NCBI GenBank assembly: GCA_963771465.1
Contig: CAVYTU010000015.1
Location: 832,001-896,000 of the forward strand
From: an uncultured delta proteobacterium
GTDB taxonomy: Bacteria; Desulfobacterota; Binatia; UBA9968
Direction of reading: 5' to 3'
DNA length: 64,000 nucleotides
Shown: positions 1 to 9,437 of the stretch, piece after piece
Layout: every line of letters starts with the position of its first letter
Position numbering within the stretch: position 1 is the stretch's first letter
Position numbers and translations under genes: made by a program
The notes under the pieces: model-generated
What the model saw: the letters and a program-made list of their open reading frames with translations, nothing else
Databases searched by the model: none
What the model was told of the DNA's origin: nothing

Positions 1-780
1 CGAAAGATCGCTGCCGTAAATGGCTTGCGACGTTCTGGGCTTGCGCCGCGCGCCACGCTTCTGGATCAGTTCGCGCCAGCGCCCAGAATCGAAGTTCTTG
101 AATTTCTCGAACGCGAAGTGACGCCCCATACCGGGCGCGATGTCGAGCGCCATCTGCGCCGCCTCCAATAGGATCGTTCCGCTACCGCACATCGGATCGA
201 GTAAAGGAACGCCCGGAGTCCATCCGGCCAGGCGGAGCATCCCGGCGGCAAGATTTTCTCTCAGCGGTGCTTCGCCGGTCGCGATGCGCTGGCCGCGCTT
301 GAACAACGGTTCGCCGGTGGTGTCGAGATAAAGCGTAAACTCGCGCTCGGTCAGATGGCCTTGGATCGGAATATCCGGCGCGCGCGTGTCCACGCTCGGC
401 CGGCGGTTCGAAAGTTTACGAATTTTGTCACACACCGCGTCTTTGATTTTGAGTGTAACGAAATTGAGACTCGTCAACGGGCTTTTGGTCGCGGAAATAT
501 CGACGCGAATCGTGCACTCTGGATCGAACCAATCCGTCCACGGCAACGCGAATGCCGTGCGGTACACATCGTCCTCACTGCGGTACACGCTCGTTGCCAC
601 CTGCCATAACACCCGGCTGGCGATGCGGCTCTCAAGATTGACTCGGTGGCAGAGGATAAAATCGCCGACGAATTGAACGCCGCCGCCCACCGCATGCATT
701 TTTTCTGCGTGGAGTTGGCGCAGCTCGTCAACCAACAGCAGCTCCAAACCGCGTGGACAAGTCGCGAAGAAGTTTTCCAT
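1..780 (-). CDS. rlmL: THUMP-domain class I SAM-dependent RNA methyltransferase (RlmL-like, 23S rRNA m2G2445 family), 3' end outside window
   Basis: Manual minus-strand translation from ATG at 780: MENFFATCPRGLELLLVDEL...NLESRIASRVL...LYLDTTGEPLFKRG...APLRENLAAGML...LLDPMCGSGT. It is absent from the ORF track because there is no stop in the window. Confidence 0.85.
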   Translation of the reverse strand, partial: MENFFATCPRGLELLLVDELRQLHAEKMHAVGGGVQFVGDFILCHRVNLESRIASRVLWQVATSVYRSEDDVYRTAFALPWTDWFDPECTIRVDISATKSPLTSLNFVTLKIKDAVCDKIRKLSNRRPSVDTRAPDIPIQGHLTEREFTLYLDTTGEPLFKRGQRIATGEAPLRENLAAGMLRLAGWTPGVPLLDPMCGSGTILLEAAQMALDIAPGMGRHFAFEKFKNFDSGRWRELIQKRGARRKPRTSQAIYGSDLS

Positions 781-813
781 CAGAGATTATCGCAATGTTA
801 TTCAGCCAGAAAT

Positions 814-843
814 AAAAAGGGCAACCCAATGGTTGCCCTTTTT
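814..843 (-). terminator. Intrinsic terminator, potentially bidirectional, after the RRM gene
   Basis: AAAAAGGGCAACC-caat-GGTTGCCCTTTTT perfect stem with A/T tracts on both sides. Confidence 0.8.
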
Positions 844-867
844 GCAGTTAATTCGTTAAAGAAAAAA

Positions 868-1209
868 CTACCAGCGGTTACCCCGGCCACCGCCGTCACG
901 ATTACCCCGGCCACCACCACCACCGCGATTGCCACCGCCACCACCGAAGCCTTCGCGCTTCGCCATTGGCTTGGCCTCGTTGACCGTCAACGAACGCCCT
1001 TCGAACTGCGTGCCGTTGAGGCTGTCGATGGCCTTTTGCGCTTCGCTGGCCGAGCTCATCTCGACGAAGCCGAAACCGCGCGATTGACCGGTGAATTTAT
1101 CGGAAATCACGCTGGCGGATTCCACCGTGCCATGTTCCGAAAAGATTTCCTGCAAGCGGTCGCCCGTAACTGAATACGGCAAACCACCAACGTATAATTT
1201 ACTACCCAT
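868..1209 (-). CDS. RRM (RNP-1) RNA-binding protein with Gly/Arg-rich tail
   Basis: RNP2 KLYVGGL, RNP1 RGFGFVEM, C-terminal RGG repeats; AGGAGGAG RBS upstream. Confidence 0.95.
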   Translation of the reverse strand: MGSKLYVGGLPYSVTGDRLQEIFSEHGTVESASVISDKFTGQSRGFGFVEMSSASEAQKAIDSLNGTQFEGRSLTVNEAKPMAKREGFGGGGGNRGGGGGRGNRDGGGRGNRW

Positions 1210-1550
1210 GTTCTCCTCCTATTAGAGAATGTTATGGTCTTTGACCCTGAGAAATGAACTGCTAATGGCTACCGAACATGGGGCTAACTGCTAAACCGCT
1301 CGCTGATCGGATTTTCCTTTAGGATCTGTTCGCAAGGAGAGACTGACAGGGGCCTTCAAGCCTGATTCTGTCCTCTATCAGAAGGCCGTTTACTGATGAA
1401 GATGATAAACAGTAACCGCTCGCCTTGGTATTGTCAACCTGCATGCCAAAGAAATGTTCCTGGAGGCTGACGCCGCGAAATCGGCTTGCATCCCGTAGGG
1501 CGCCCACATAATAATGCGGCGGCAGTTACGGGTAGACGCTGGGAGGTGCG

Positions 1551-2531
1551 ATGAAAATAATTGCGATTGCCATTGGGATAGCTCTGAGCTGCATGCTGAA
1601 GTTTATCACGCCGGCCAATAGCTTGGCTCAGGAACGCGTGCGCATCGGCGTGCCTTTGTTCCCGACCGTTTCCTTTCCGGTTTTGATCGCGCAGGAAAAA
1701 GGTTTCTTTGAGCGAAATGGTTTGAAAGCGGAGATCATCCGCATCAACAGCGAGCCGACGACCTATCAAGCGCTAATCTCCGGCGACATCGATGCGACGT
1801 CGGGCGCGCCCACCGGGCTCGTGCAGTCAAACATTCAGGGCGTACCGGTGGTTTCGCTCGGCAGCTGGGACAACTTGGTTTCTTATACGATGGCGACTCG
1901 GGAGAAAGTCGATGATCTATCGCAACTCCGCGGTAAGAAAGTCGGCATCAATCGCCTCGGCGGCAAATCGTCGTTAGTTCTCCGTGTCATGCTCGAAGAC
2001 GCCGGTCTCAACACTTCGAAGGATATCACCTTGCTGCAACTCGGCGGCTCGCAGGAAAGACTGGCGGCGCTCATGCGCGGCGGCATCGACGCGGCGCCGG
2101 TGGATTTTGTCTTCGAGCCGAAAATGAAACAGCTAGGCTTTCACCTGGTCACCGCCAAAAAGACCGCCTTTATGAACGGCCCGATCACAGTCACCGTGGC
2201 CCAGTTGAAAGCGAACCGCGGCAAATGGCTTAAGTTCGTCAAAGCCTATCTGGAAGCCACCCATTACATGACGACCAACCGTGAAGGCGCCACGGACGTT
2301 CTCAAAAAAATCATCCAGACTGACGAGCGAGAAACCCTCGACCACGGTTACGAACAAATGCGCGCCCGCGCCACCGTCGATCTGGTGGCGCCCGAGCCGG
2401 CCATCGAAAATCTGGTGAGGATGATGACCTATGTCGACAAGCGGGCGGCCACCGTCGACCGCAGCAAGCTCGTCGATTACTCAATCCTGAAAGAACTTGC
2501 AGCGACCAGACAACTGCCGGTGAAAAAGTAG
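1551..2531 (+). CDS. ABC transporter substrate-binding protein, NMT1/THI5/SsuA-like
   Basis: Signal peptide; AQEKGFFERNGL, LRGKKVGI, RLAALMRGGIDA motifs. Confidence 0.85.
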   Translation: MKIIAIAIGIALSCMLKFITPANSLAQERVRIGVPLFPTVSFPVLIAQEKGFFERNGLKAEIIRINSEPTTYQALISGDIDATSGAPTGLVQSNIQGVPVVSLGSWDNLVSYTMATREKVDDLSQLRGKKVGINRLGGKSSLVLRVMLEDAGLNTSKDITLLQLGGSQERLAALMRGGIDAAPVDFVFEPKMKQLGFHLVTAKKTAFMNGPITVTVAQLKANRGKWLKFVKAYLEATHYMTTNREGATDVLKKIIQTDERETLDHGYEQMRARATVDLVAPEPAIENLVRMMTYVDKRAATVDRSKLVDYSILKELAATRQLPVKK

Positions 2532-2588
2532 CGAAGTGCACTGGCGACTCCAGTACTCCATCCTGCATAATGAGGACCGTTCCTCGCA

Positions 2589-4067
2589 ATGAGTGAAATA
2601 TCTTTCATCGACACCACCCTGCGTGACGGCCAGCAAAGCCTCTGGGCGCTCGGCATGAAGACCGACGCCATGCTCGGCGCGGCGCACGATATGGATCGCA
2701 TCGGTTTCGAGTCGATGGAGTTCTTCGTCTCGATCATGATCAAGAAGTACGTCCGCGAGCTCAAGGAAAATCCTTGGACTTGGCTCCGCGAAGGAACGAA
2801 ACTTTTTCGCCGCACGCGACTGCGCAACCACGGCGGGCTGCACGGTTCCGGCGCCATGGAAAAGTTGCCGCAGTCGGCGATGAAGCTTTTCGCCGAACGC
2901 GTTGTCTCGTACGGCGTCACCATGACGCGCACGTCGAATTGCTGGAACGACTTCGAAGAGCTGCGTGGCGAAGTTATCGAGCTTCGCCAGATCGGCATGG
3001 ACACCGTCGTCAATCTCATCTACACGGTCTCGCCGCGCCATAGCGACGAATACTACGCGCAAAAAACCCGCGACGCCGCAGCCATCAGTCCCTACCGCAT
3101 CTGTTTCAAAGACGTCGGCGGCTTGCTGACACCCGAGCGCGCTCGAACGCTAATCCCCGCGATCATGCAAAACGCCGGCAAGGTTGCAGTCGAATACCAC
3201 GCCCACTGCAACAACGGCCTGGCACCGCTGTGTTATCTCGAAGCGATCAAACATGGCATCACCTCGCTGCACACGGCGATCCCGCCGCTCGCCAATGGCT
3301 CGTCGCAGCCGTCGATCTTGAACATGGCGAGGAATCTCCGCGCCTTGGGTTACACGCCGGTAGTCGATGAGCAAGCAGTTAAACCCGTTGTAGAATATTT
3401 TACCGCCATCGCCAAACGCGATGGCTTGGCGATCGGCAAGCCGTTCGCTTACGACGAGTCGCAGTATCGCCATCAAGTGCCTGGCGGCGTGATTTCCAAT
3501 CTGCGCCATCAGCTCAAGCTCGTCGGCAAAGAGGACAAGCTCGCCGAAACACTCGAAGAAGCCGCGCGCGTGCGCGCCGACTTCGGTTATCCGATCATGG
3601 TTACGCCGCTGTCACAGTTCGTCGTCAGCCAAGCGGCCATCAACGTGATCGTTGGCGAGCGCTACAAAGAAGTCACCGACCAGGTGATTCAATACGCGCT
3701 CGGCATCTGGGGCAAGGAAGCACCCTCACTGATCGATCCCGACGCCAAAGATAAAATATTGAATCGCCGGCGCGCCAAGGACTGGCAAAACTGGTCGCCG
3801 TCCGATTTGAGCTTGCAGCAAGTCCGGCAAAAACTCGGTGGAACCGTCTCCGACGAAGAACTCTTGCTGCGCGTCTACGCCGGTCCGGATGCGGTCGATG
3901 CGCTGATGACCAACGGCGCGCCGAAAGCGAAGCTGAATGCCAAAGGGCCGCTGATGAATTTGATCGAAGAGTTGACCAAGAAAAAAGACTTCGGTCACAT
4001 CTACATTCGCAGAGACGGCGTGTCGCTTACGTTGCGAAGGTCCGCCGAATCGTCTCATAGTCATTGA
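2589..4067 (+). CDS. Pyruvate carboxylase subunit B / oxaloacetate decarboxylase alpha-like carboxyltransferase, no biotinyl domain
   Basis: DTTLRDGQQS, CFKDVGG, HAH, HQVPGGVISNL, GYPIMVTPLSQ motifs. Confidence 0.85.
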   Translation: MSEISFIDTTLRDGQQSLWALGMKTDAMLGAAHDMDRIGFESMEFFVSIMIKKYVRELKENPWTWLREGTKLFRRTRLRNHGGLHGSGAMEKLPQSAMKLFAERVVSYGVTMTRTSNCWNDFEELRGEVIELRQIGMDTVVNLIYTVSPRHSDEYYAQKTRDAAAISPYRICFKDVGGLLTPERARTLIPAIMQNAGKVAVEYHAHCNNGLAPLCYLEAIKHGITSLHTAIPPLANGSSQPSILNMARNLRALGYTPVVDEQAVKPVVEYFTAIAKRDGLAIGKPFAYDESQYRHQVPGGVISNLRHQLKLVGKEDKLAETLEEAARVRADFGYPIMVTPLSQFVVSQAAINVIVGERYKEVTDQVIQYALGIWGKEAPSLIDPDAKDKILNRRRAKDWQNWSPSDLSLQQVRQKLGGTVSDEELLLRVYAGPDAVDALMTNGAPKAKLNAKGPLMNLIEELTKKKDFGHIYIRRDGVSLTLRRSAESSHSH

Positions 4068-4165
4068 CACTGCAATGGGACGACGCGGCGTCGTTTAGCG
4101 AACATGGTCCATTTTTTTCTTCTTTGCGTTCTTTGCGCCTAATTTTTTTTCCATCTGGAGCTTCA

Positions 4166-5605
4166 ATGAACTACGACGGCTTGCGCGATTGGCTCGACAA
4201 AGTCGACGCCCTCGGCGAACTCACCACGTTGGAAAACATTGACTGGAACTTGGAGATGGGAGCCGTCGTCGACGTGCTCTACCGCGAGCACCCGCCCTAC
4301 CCGCCGGCGTTGATCTTCGACCGCATCAAAGACCACCAGCCTGGCTATCGCGCGCTGTTCGGCCATTTTGCCTCGCCTAAGAGAATCGCGCTTACGCTTG
4401 GCGTCACCGAAGCATTCGATCACGTGCTGGAATTCACCCGCATCTATCACCAACGCATGAAGCGTTCGACGCCGCTACGCATGGAGGAAGTGAAGAGTGG
4501 CGCGGTGCATGAAAACGTCGAGGCGGATGCAGACGTAAATCTATTAAAATTTCCCGCGCCGTTGTTACATGAGAAAGATGGCGGCCGTTACCTTGGCACG
4601 GGCCATCTGGTCATCACCAAAGATCCCGACTCCGACTGGATCAATGTCGGCACCTACCGGATCATGTCGCAGGATCATAACACGCTTAGCATCTACATCG
4701 GTCCCGGGAAGCACGCCTTCATTCACAAACAGAAATATTTTGAGAAAAACCAAGCGATGCCCGTGAACGTCGTTCTCGGCAGCGATCCGCTCGATTGGTT
4801 CGCCGCATCATGTCCGGTGCCGGCGGGAATCAGTGAATTCGACTACGCCGGGGGCTTGCGAGGGACACCAACGAAAGTCATTCGCAGCGGCATCACCGGT
4901 TTGCCCTATCCCGCCGACGCGGAGATCGTTCTGGAAGGCGAAATTCGGCCGGGAGAATTCAAAGAAGAAGGCCCGTTCGGCGAGTGGCCAGGCTATTACG
5001 CCAGTCCGAAAAGTTTGGAACCCTTCATCCGCGTCAAAAGAATCCTGCATCGCAACAACCCCATCGTCTCCTGCGCCAATCCGGCGCGCCCGCCGCACAC
5101 GCTCACCTTGCTGCGCGCGATCACACGTTCCGCGCATCTCTGGGAGGAAATCGAGAAAGCCGGCATTCCCGATGTCCAAGGCGTCTGGTCGCACGAGCCC
5201 GGCCCGCGGCAGTTCACCGTCGTCGCCATCAAGCAGCGCTATCCCGGTCACGTAAAACAGGCCGGCGTCATCGCCTCGCAATGTTTTTCCGGCGGCTATC
5301 AAAACCGCTTCACCATCGTCGTCGACGACGATATCGATCCGACTAGAATCGACGACGTCGTTTGGGCGCTCTCCACACGCTGCGATCCTGGAGAAGATAT
5401 CGACATCCAGCGCCGCAGTTGGTCGAGCGCGCTCGACCCGATGATTCATCCCGACTCGAAAGTGTTTTTAAATTCGCGCGCGGTCATCGATGCCTGCCGG
5501 CCCTTTGAATGGATGGATAAATTTCCCGAAGTCGCCGAAACCAGCCGCGATTTACGCAAAGCCGTGCTCAGCAAGTTTGGCCGTGGCTTTTTCGGACTCA
5601 AATAA
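4166..5605 (+). CDS. UbiD family prFMN-dependent (de)carboxylase
   Basis: DGGRY, NVGTYR, EIVLEG, EGPFGEWPGYY, VVDDDID motifs; start placed at MNYDGLR after GGAG RBS. Confidence 0.9.
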   Translation: MNYDGLRDWLDKVDALGELTTLENIDWNLEMGAVVDVLYREHPPYPPALIFDRIKDHQPGYRALFGHFASPKRIALTLGVTEAFDHVLEFTRIYHQRMKRSTPLRMEEVKSGAVHENVEADADVNLLKFPAPLLHEKDGGRYLGTGHLVITKDPDSDWINVGTYRIMSQDHNTLSIYIGPGKHAFIHKQKYFEKNQAMPVNVVLGSDPLDWFAASCPVPAGISEFDYAGGLRGTPTKVIRSGITGLPYPADAEIVLEGEIRPGEFKEEGPFGEWPGYYASPKSLEPFIRVKRILHRNNPIVSCANPARPPHTLTLLRAITRSAHLWEEIEKAGIPDVQGVWSHEPGPRQFTVVAIKQRYPGHVKQAGVIASQCFSGGYQNRFTIVVDDDIDPTRIDDVVWALSTRCDPGEDIDIQRRSWSSALDPMIHPDSKVFLNSRAVIDACRPFEWMDKFPEVAETSRDLRKAVLSKFGRGFFGLK

Positions 5606-5760
5606 TTATTTACTGCAAGCGGTCGCCCTTTCTCAAAATAGCGACCAACTCAACAATTTTAATAGTATTGGGGAATTTTTACGCTGGCCAATGCAGGAAT
5701 TTCTCCTATGTCCGAGCTACTGAGAAATTCGCAATCTCTGGAATTTCAACCGGTTCCCAC

Positions 5761-5776
5761 TGGCCCGAGGATTGCT
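5761..5776 (+). promoter_or_regulatory. sigma54-like -24/-12 promoter
   Basis: TGGCCC-N5-TTGCT, 27 nt upstream of the ATG at 5803. Confidence 0.55.
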
Positions 5777-5802
5777 CCTCTTAGCCCGTGGGAGGAAAAA
5801 CT

Positions 5803-6081
5803 ATGAAATACGGAATTTTTGCAATTATTCTCGTGTTTCTCCTCAGCGCTGTTCCAACGTCTGCTTTTGACGTGAAAAACAACGAGCCCGAAGAGCGCAG
5901 TTTGCGCATCGAGCTGGAAGCGGTTCCAGCGCCAGTGCAACAGGACTTTGACAAGTATATCCAAGATCTTGCAGCCTCGGCGCAGAGGGATACGCGCGCG
6001 GAAGAACAAGCGCGAAAAGAGCAAGTCGCTAAAGACTACCAAAGAAAAGTGTTAAACCCGATGGTGCTATTCAGCTGGTAG
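5803..6081 (+). CDS. Small secreted hypothetical protein
   Basis: GGAGGA RBS; MKYGIFAIILVFLLSAVPTSA signal peptide. Confidence 0.65.
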   Translation: MKYGIFAIILVFLLSAVPTSAFDVKNNEPEERSLRIELEAVPAPVQQDFDKYIQDLAASAQRDTRAEEQARKEQVAKDYQRKVLNPMVLFSW

Positions 6082-6109
6082 CCGGCCTTGTTTGCGTCGT
6101 GGTTCGGAC

Positions 6110-6836
6110 TCATTCCTTCATCTTCGAATAACTGTTCACCGTCGCGTGCAGGTTGCGCGCGAAATCGGTTGCAGCCTGAGGGGTCATTTCGAAAGCGGTC
6201 TTGGCGTATTCTTTCGCGGCGAGGAGCGCGGGCAACGGGGTTTTCTTGAACTGAGTAATAAGTTTGGCAACGCTTGCGTCCAATTCGCTTGCCGGCGCAA
6301 CACTGCTCACGAGACCATAGGCGAGCGCCGTATGCGCGTCGACTTCCTCGGTGGAGTAAATCATGTAGGTTGCGGCCTTGCGTGACAGCCGATCGACCAA
6401 CGCGGAGAAAGCGATCGTCGGCATGATCCGATGCGCCATCTCGGGAAAGGAAAACTTCGCCTTGTCGCTGGCGATGGTGATGTCGCACAGCGCTGCGAGG
6501 GCGCAGCCCAGCCCGGCGGCGCGTCCTTGCACGACGCCAATGATCGGCGCCTTGCAGTTGCGAAACGAGCCGTAGAGATTGAAGATCGTCTCGGCCCGCT
6601 CCCGCACACCATAAGCTTCGAGCACCGGGCCGGGCGCGCCCATGGCCGCCCGGCCGAGACAGAAGTCATCGCCCGCGCCTTTGAAGACGACGGCGCGGGA
6701 GTCCGCCGATGCGGCGTTGAACATTTCCGTCACCTGCGCCCAGACTTCATCGGTCTGGCGATTTCCCGCTTCGGGTCGATTGAGAGTGATCGATCGTAAC
6801 ATCGCCATCTTTTTCCTTGAGTACTGCGTCTGCCAT
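6110..6836 (-). CDS. Enoyl-CoA hydratase/isomerase family protein; apparent +1 frameshift near 6793
   Basis: ITLNRPEAGN, FCLG, AAGLGCAL, FSFPE motifs. The AGGAGG RBS and MADAVLKEKDGDVT start at 6836 are out of frame with the body by one base. Confidence 0.85.
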
Positions 6837-7077
6837 CGTGCCTCCTCAACTTTCTATCTGATCGAAATTGGAATATCAGCTATCACGGGAACAATTTGCC
6901 GGTCAACTAAATCACGATCACAGGTTTTCAAACAACGTAGTTTAAGTCTCCGAGTCATTTAAGTCTCAAACTATCGTGCCGCCTGATTGACACTCACAAA
7001 GCCTAATTGTTATAGCCAGTCAGGTCGTCGCATACGCATTAACTTAAGCTCGATAAAAAGTGACCGAGGGAGTAATC

Positions 7078-7997
7078 ATGGCAACCGATAGCATGCAGCA
7101 TCATGAGCAAACGTCGGCAGTCAAAGGGCCGCTCGTCTGGCTCGACATGGATCAGCGAGGGCTTGACGACGCCTATGACCAGACCGTTTACGCGCCCAAT
7201 CAGCCTTTGCTCGCCGCGCGCCGCAAAATCGCCAGCGAGTCGGTATTGAAACGATTTCCACCCCTGCGCCGCGCTTACGGCTCCAAGTGAAATTGAAAAA
7301 CTCGATATCTACAAAACCGCCAAACCCAACGCGCCGGTGATGGTCTTCACCCACGGCGGCGCCTGGCGCAATGGCACGGCCAAGGATGCCGCCTTTCAAG
7401 CCGAAATGTATATGAACGCCGGAGCCAATCTCGTCATTGTCGACTTCGTGCAAGTTCAAGATGCCGGCGGCAGCTTGCTGCCGATGATTCACCAAGTCCG
7501 TAGCGCCGTCGCCTGGGTTTACAAAAATAGCGCGAGCTTTCGGCGCCGACCCCGATCGTATTTTTGTTTCCGGCCAGTCATCCGGCGCCCACCTCACCGG
7601 CTGCCTACTGGTCACCGACTGGCAAAAGGAATTCGGCGTGCCGACAAACGTCATCAAAGGCGGATTGCTGGTTAGCGGCATGTATGACTTGAAGCCGGTA
7701 CGATTATCGAAGCGCAGCAAGTACGTGAATTTCACCGATGAGATCGAACAAGCGCTTAGCTCCCAGCGCCATCTCGATAAACTGAACGCGCCGATCATCG
7801 TCGCCTACGGCACCCAGGAGACGCCGGAGTTCCAGCGCCAGAGCCGCGACTTCGCCGCCGCAGTTAAAGCCGCCGGCAAACCGGTCGAGTTGATCGTGGG
7901 CGAAGGGTTCAATCATTTCGAGATGCAAGAAACACTCGGCAATCCCTACGGCATCGCCGGCCGCGCCGCGCTCAAGCTGATGAACCTGAATATTTGA
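7078..7997 (+). CDS. Alpha/beta hydrolase (arylformamidase/esterase-like); two apparent frameshifts (~7283, ~7540)
   Basis: Three ORF pieces join into one protein: LDDAYDQ...YG.SEIEKLDIY, HGGAW oxyanion motif, GQSSGAHL nucleophile elbow, SGMYDL, NHF. Confidence 0.8.
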
Positions 7998-8075
7998 CCG
8001 TAGAAGATTAGAGCGACCACAAAGAGAACAAAGCGCGATTCATCGCGCCCTCGGAGATTTTGCACAGGAGGAATC

Positions 8076-8615
8076 ATGAGCCGCATTCCCCACGCGAAGC
8101 GCGATGAATTGTCGCCGGAGCATCAACAAATCTGGGATCACATCCACGCTGTGCGAAGCGGCGGCGGCGGACCCTATTCGATGTTGCTCCATGTGCCGGC
8201 GCTAGCCGGCTACGTCGCGGCCACCGAAGATTATTTTCGCCTGGATTCGGCGCTCAGCGACGCCGACCGCGAGATCGTCATTCTCGCCGCGGCGCGCGAG
8301 TTGGGCGCGCACTATCCGTGGATGCGCCACGAGGCGCGCGCCCGTCAAGTCGGCGTGCGATCGGAAGTGATCGAGACGTTGCGCGGCAAGAACTCGCTCG
8401 CCGGTTTTACACCGCGCGAGAAGCTTTTGGCCGAAATTCCTCTGAGCCTCTTGCGCGAGCACGGCTTGTCGGATGAATTGTTCGCGCGCGCGGAACGTGA
8501 GCTAAACCGGCGGCAGCTCGTCGAAGTCATCGCGCTGGTCGGGCACTACAGCACTATCGGTTTTGTCGCCAACACTTTCCAAATACCTGCGCCCGAGGGC
8601 AGCCGGACTTTCTAG
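8076..8615 (+). CDS. Carboxymuconolactone decarboxylase (CMD/AhpD-fold) family protein, Cys-free
   Basis: GPYSMLLH, REIVILAAARE, YPWMRHE, LVEVIALVGHY. Confidence 0.85.
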   Translation: MSRIPHAKRDELSPEHQQIWDHIHAVRSGGGGPYSMLLHVPALAGYVAATEDYFRLDSALSDADREIVILAAARELGAHYPWMRHEARARQVGVRSEVIETLRGKNSLAGFTPREKLLAEIPLSLLREHGLSDELFARAERELNRRQLVEVIALVGHYSTIGFVANTFQIPAPEGSRTF

Positions 8616-8625
8616 AAAGGCAAAT

Positions 8626-9165
8626 ATGAGCAAACTACCCAACGCGACACGCGAATCCATGACGGCGGAACAACAGAAAATCTGGGACAAGATCCACGAA
8701 GGCCGAACCGGCGGCGGCGGGCCCTATTCCATGTTGATGCACTCGCCGGCGATGGCCGAGCACTTCGCCGGCACGGAAGATTACTTTCGTAATCACTCGC
8801 TGTTGCCCGACGCCGACCGCGAGATCATCATCCTCACTGCCGCCCGCGAGGTGGAAGCGCATTACGCCTGGACCCGACACGAAATTCGCGCCCACAAAGT
8901 CGGCATTCGTCCGGAAACCATCGAAGCGCTGCGCGCCCGCGCCGGACTCGATGAATTTAGCGGCAAAGAGAAGTTGCTGGTCGAATTCACTCGAACACTC
9001 ATGCGCGAGCATTTTCTGTCGGATGAATTGTTCGCTCGCATGGAAACCGAATTCGGCCAGGCGAAGTTCATCGAAACCGTCGGCCTGCTCGGCCACTACA
9101 TCACCATCGGTACGGTAATTAGAATGTTCGACGTCAGACCGCCGGAAGGAAGCAAAACGTTTTAG
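8626..9165 (+). CDS. CMD/AhpD-fold family protein, tandem paralog of the upstream gene
   Basis: Same length and motifs (GPYSMLMH, REIIILTAARE, YAWTRHE, GHY); start MSKLP after AAAGG. Confidence 0.85.
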   Translation: MSKLPNATRESMTAEQQKIWDKIHEGRTGGGGPYSMLMHSPAMAEHFAGTEDYFRNHSLLPDADREIIILTAAREVEAHYAWTRHEIRAHKVGIRPETIEALRARAGLDEFSGKEKLLVEFTRTLMREHFLSDELFARMETEFGQAKFIETVGLLGHYITIGTVIRMFDVRPPEGSKTF

Positions 9166-9269
9166 TTTCGGAAATTAAGAATTCGCTGAAAATTATTCAC
9201 CACTCTTCTCCGTCATACCGGCGAACGCCGGACTCCATCCCTGCTGCGCTTAAAAGATTGTATCGCAAT

Positions 9270-9347
9270 GTCCTGCTGAACGCAGCGAAGCAAGTGCATT
9301 GTTTTTCGACATCGGAAAAAGACATGCTTCGCTATCCTTAGGATGAC
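9270..9347. repeat. Degenerate REP-like long inverted repeat between convergent genes
   Basis: Arms GTCCTGCTGAACGCAGCGAAGCA and TGCTTCGCTATCCTTAGGATGAC, with inner TTTTTCGA/TCGGAAAAA pairing. Confidence 0.55.
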
Positions 9348-9437
9348 TACTGTAGGACTGTGTGCATTGCGACTCAGTCGCTTGATAGAGGAAGACGTTC
9401 GCAGGATTTTCACCGGCGGAGAAACGCCAGCTAACCC

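Noticed and set aside
1210-1440. Long leader of the RRM gene as a riboswitch or ncRNA
   Set aside because: No recognisable conserved motif or convincing structure by eye; it would need an Rfam/Infernal search.
7288-7290. TGA in the alpha/beta hydrolase as a read-through codon
   Set aside because: The homologous continuation (SEIEKLDIY) is in a shifted frame, so this is an indel, not recoding.
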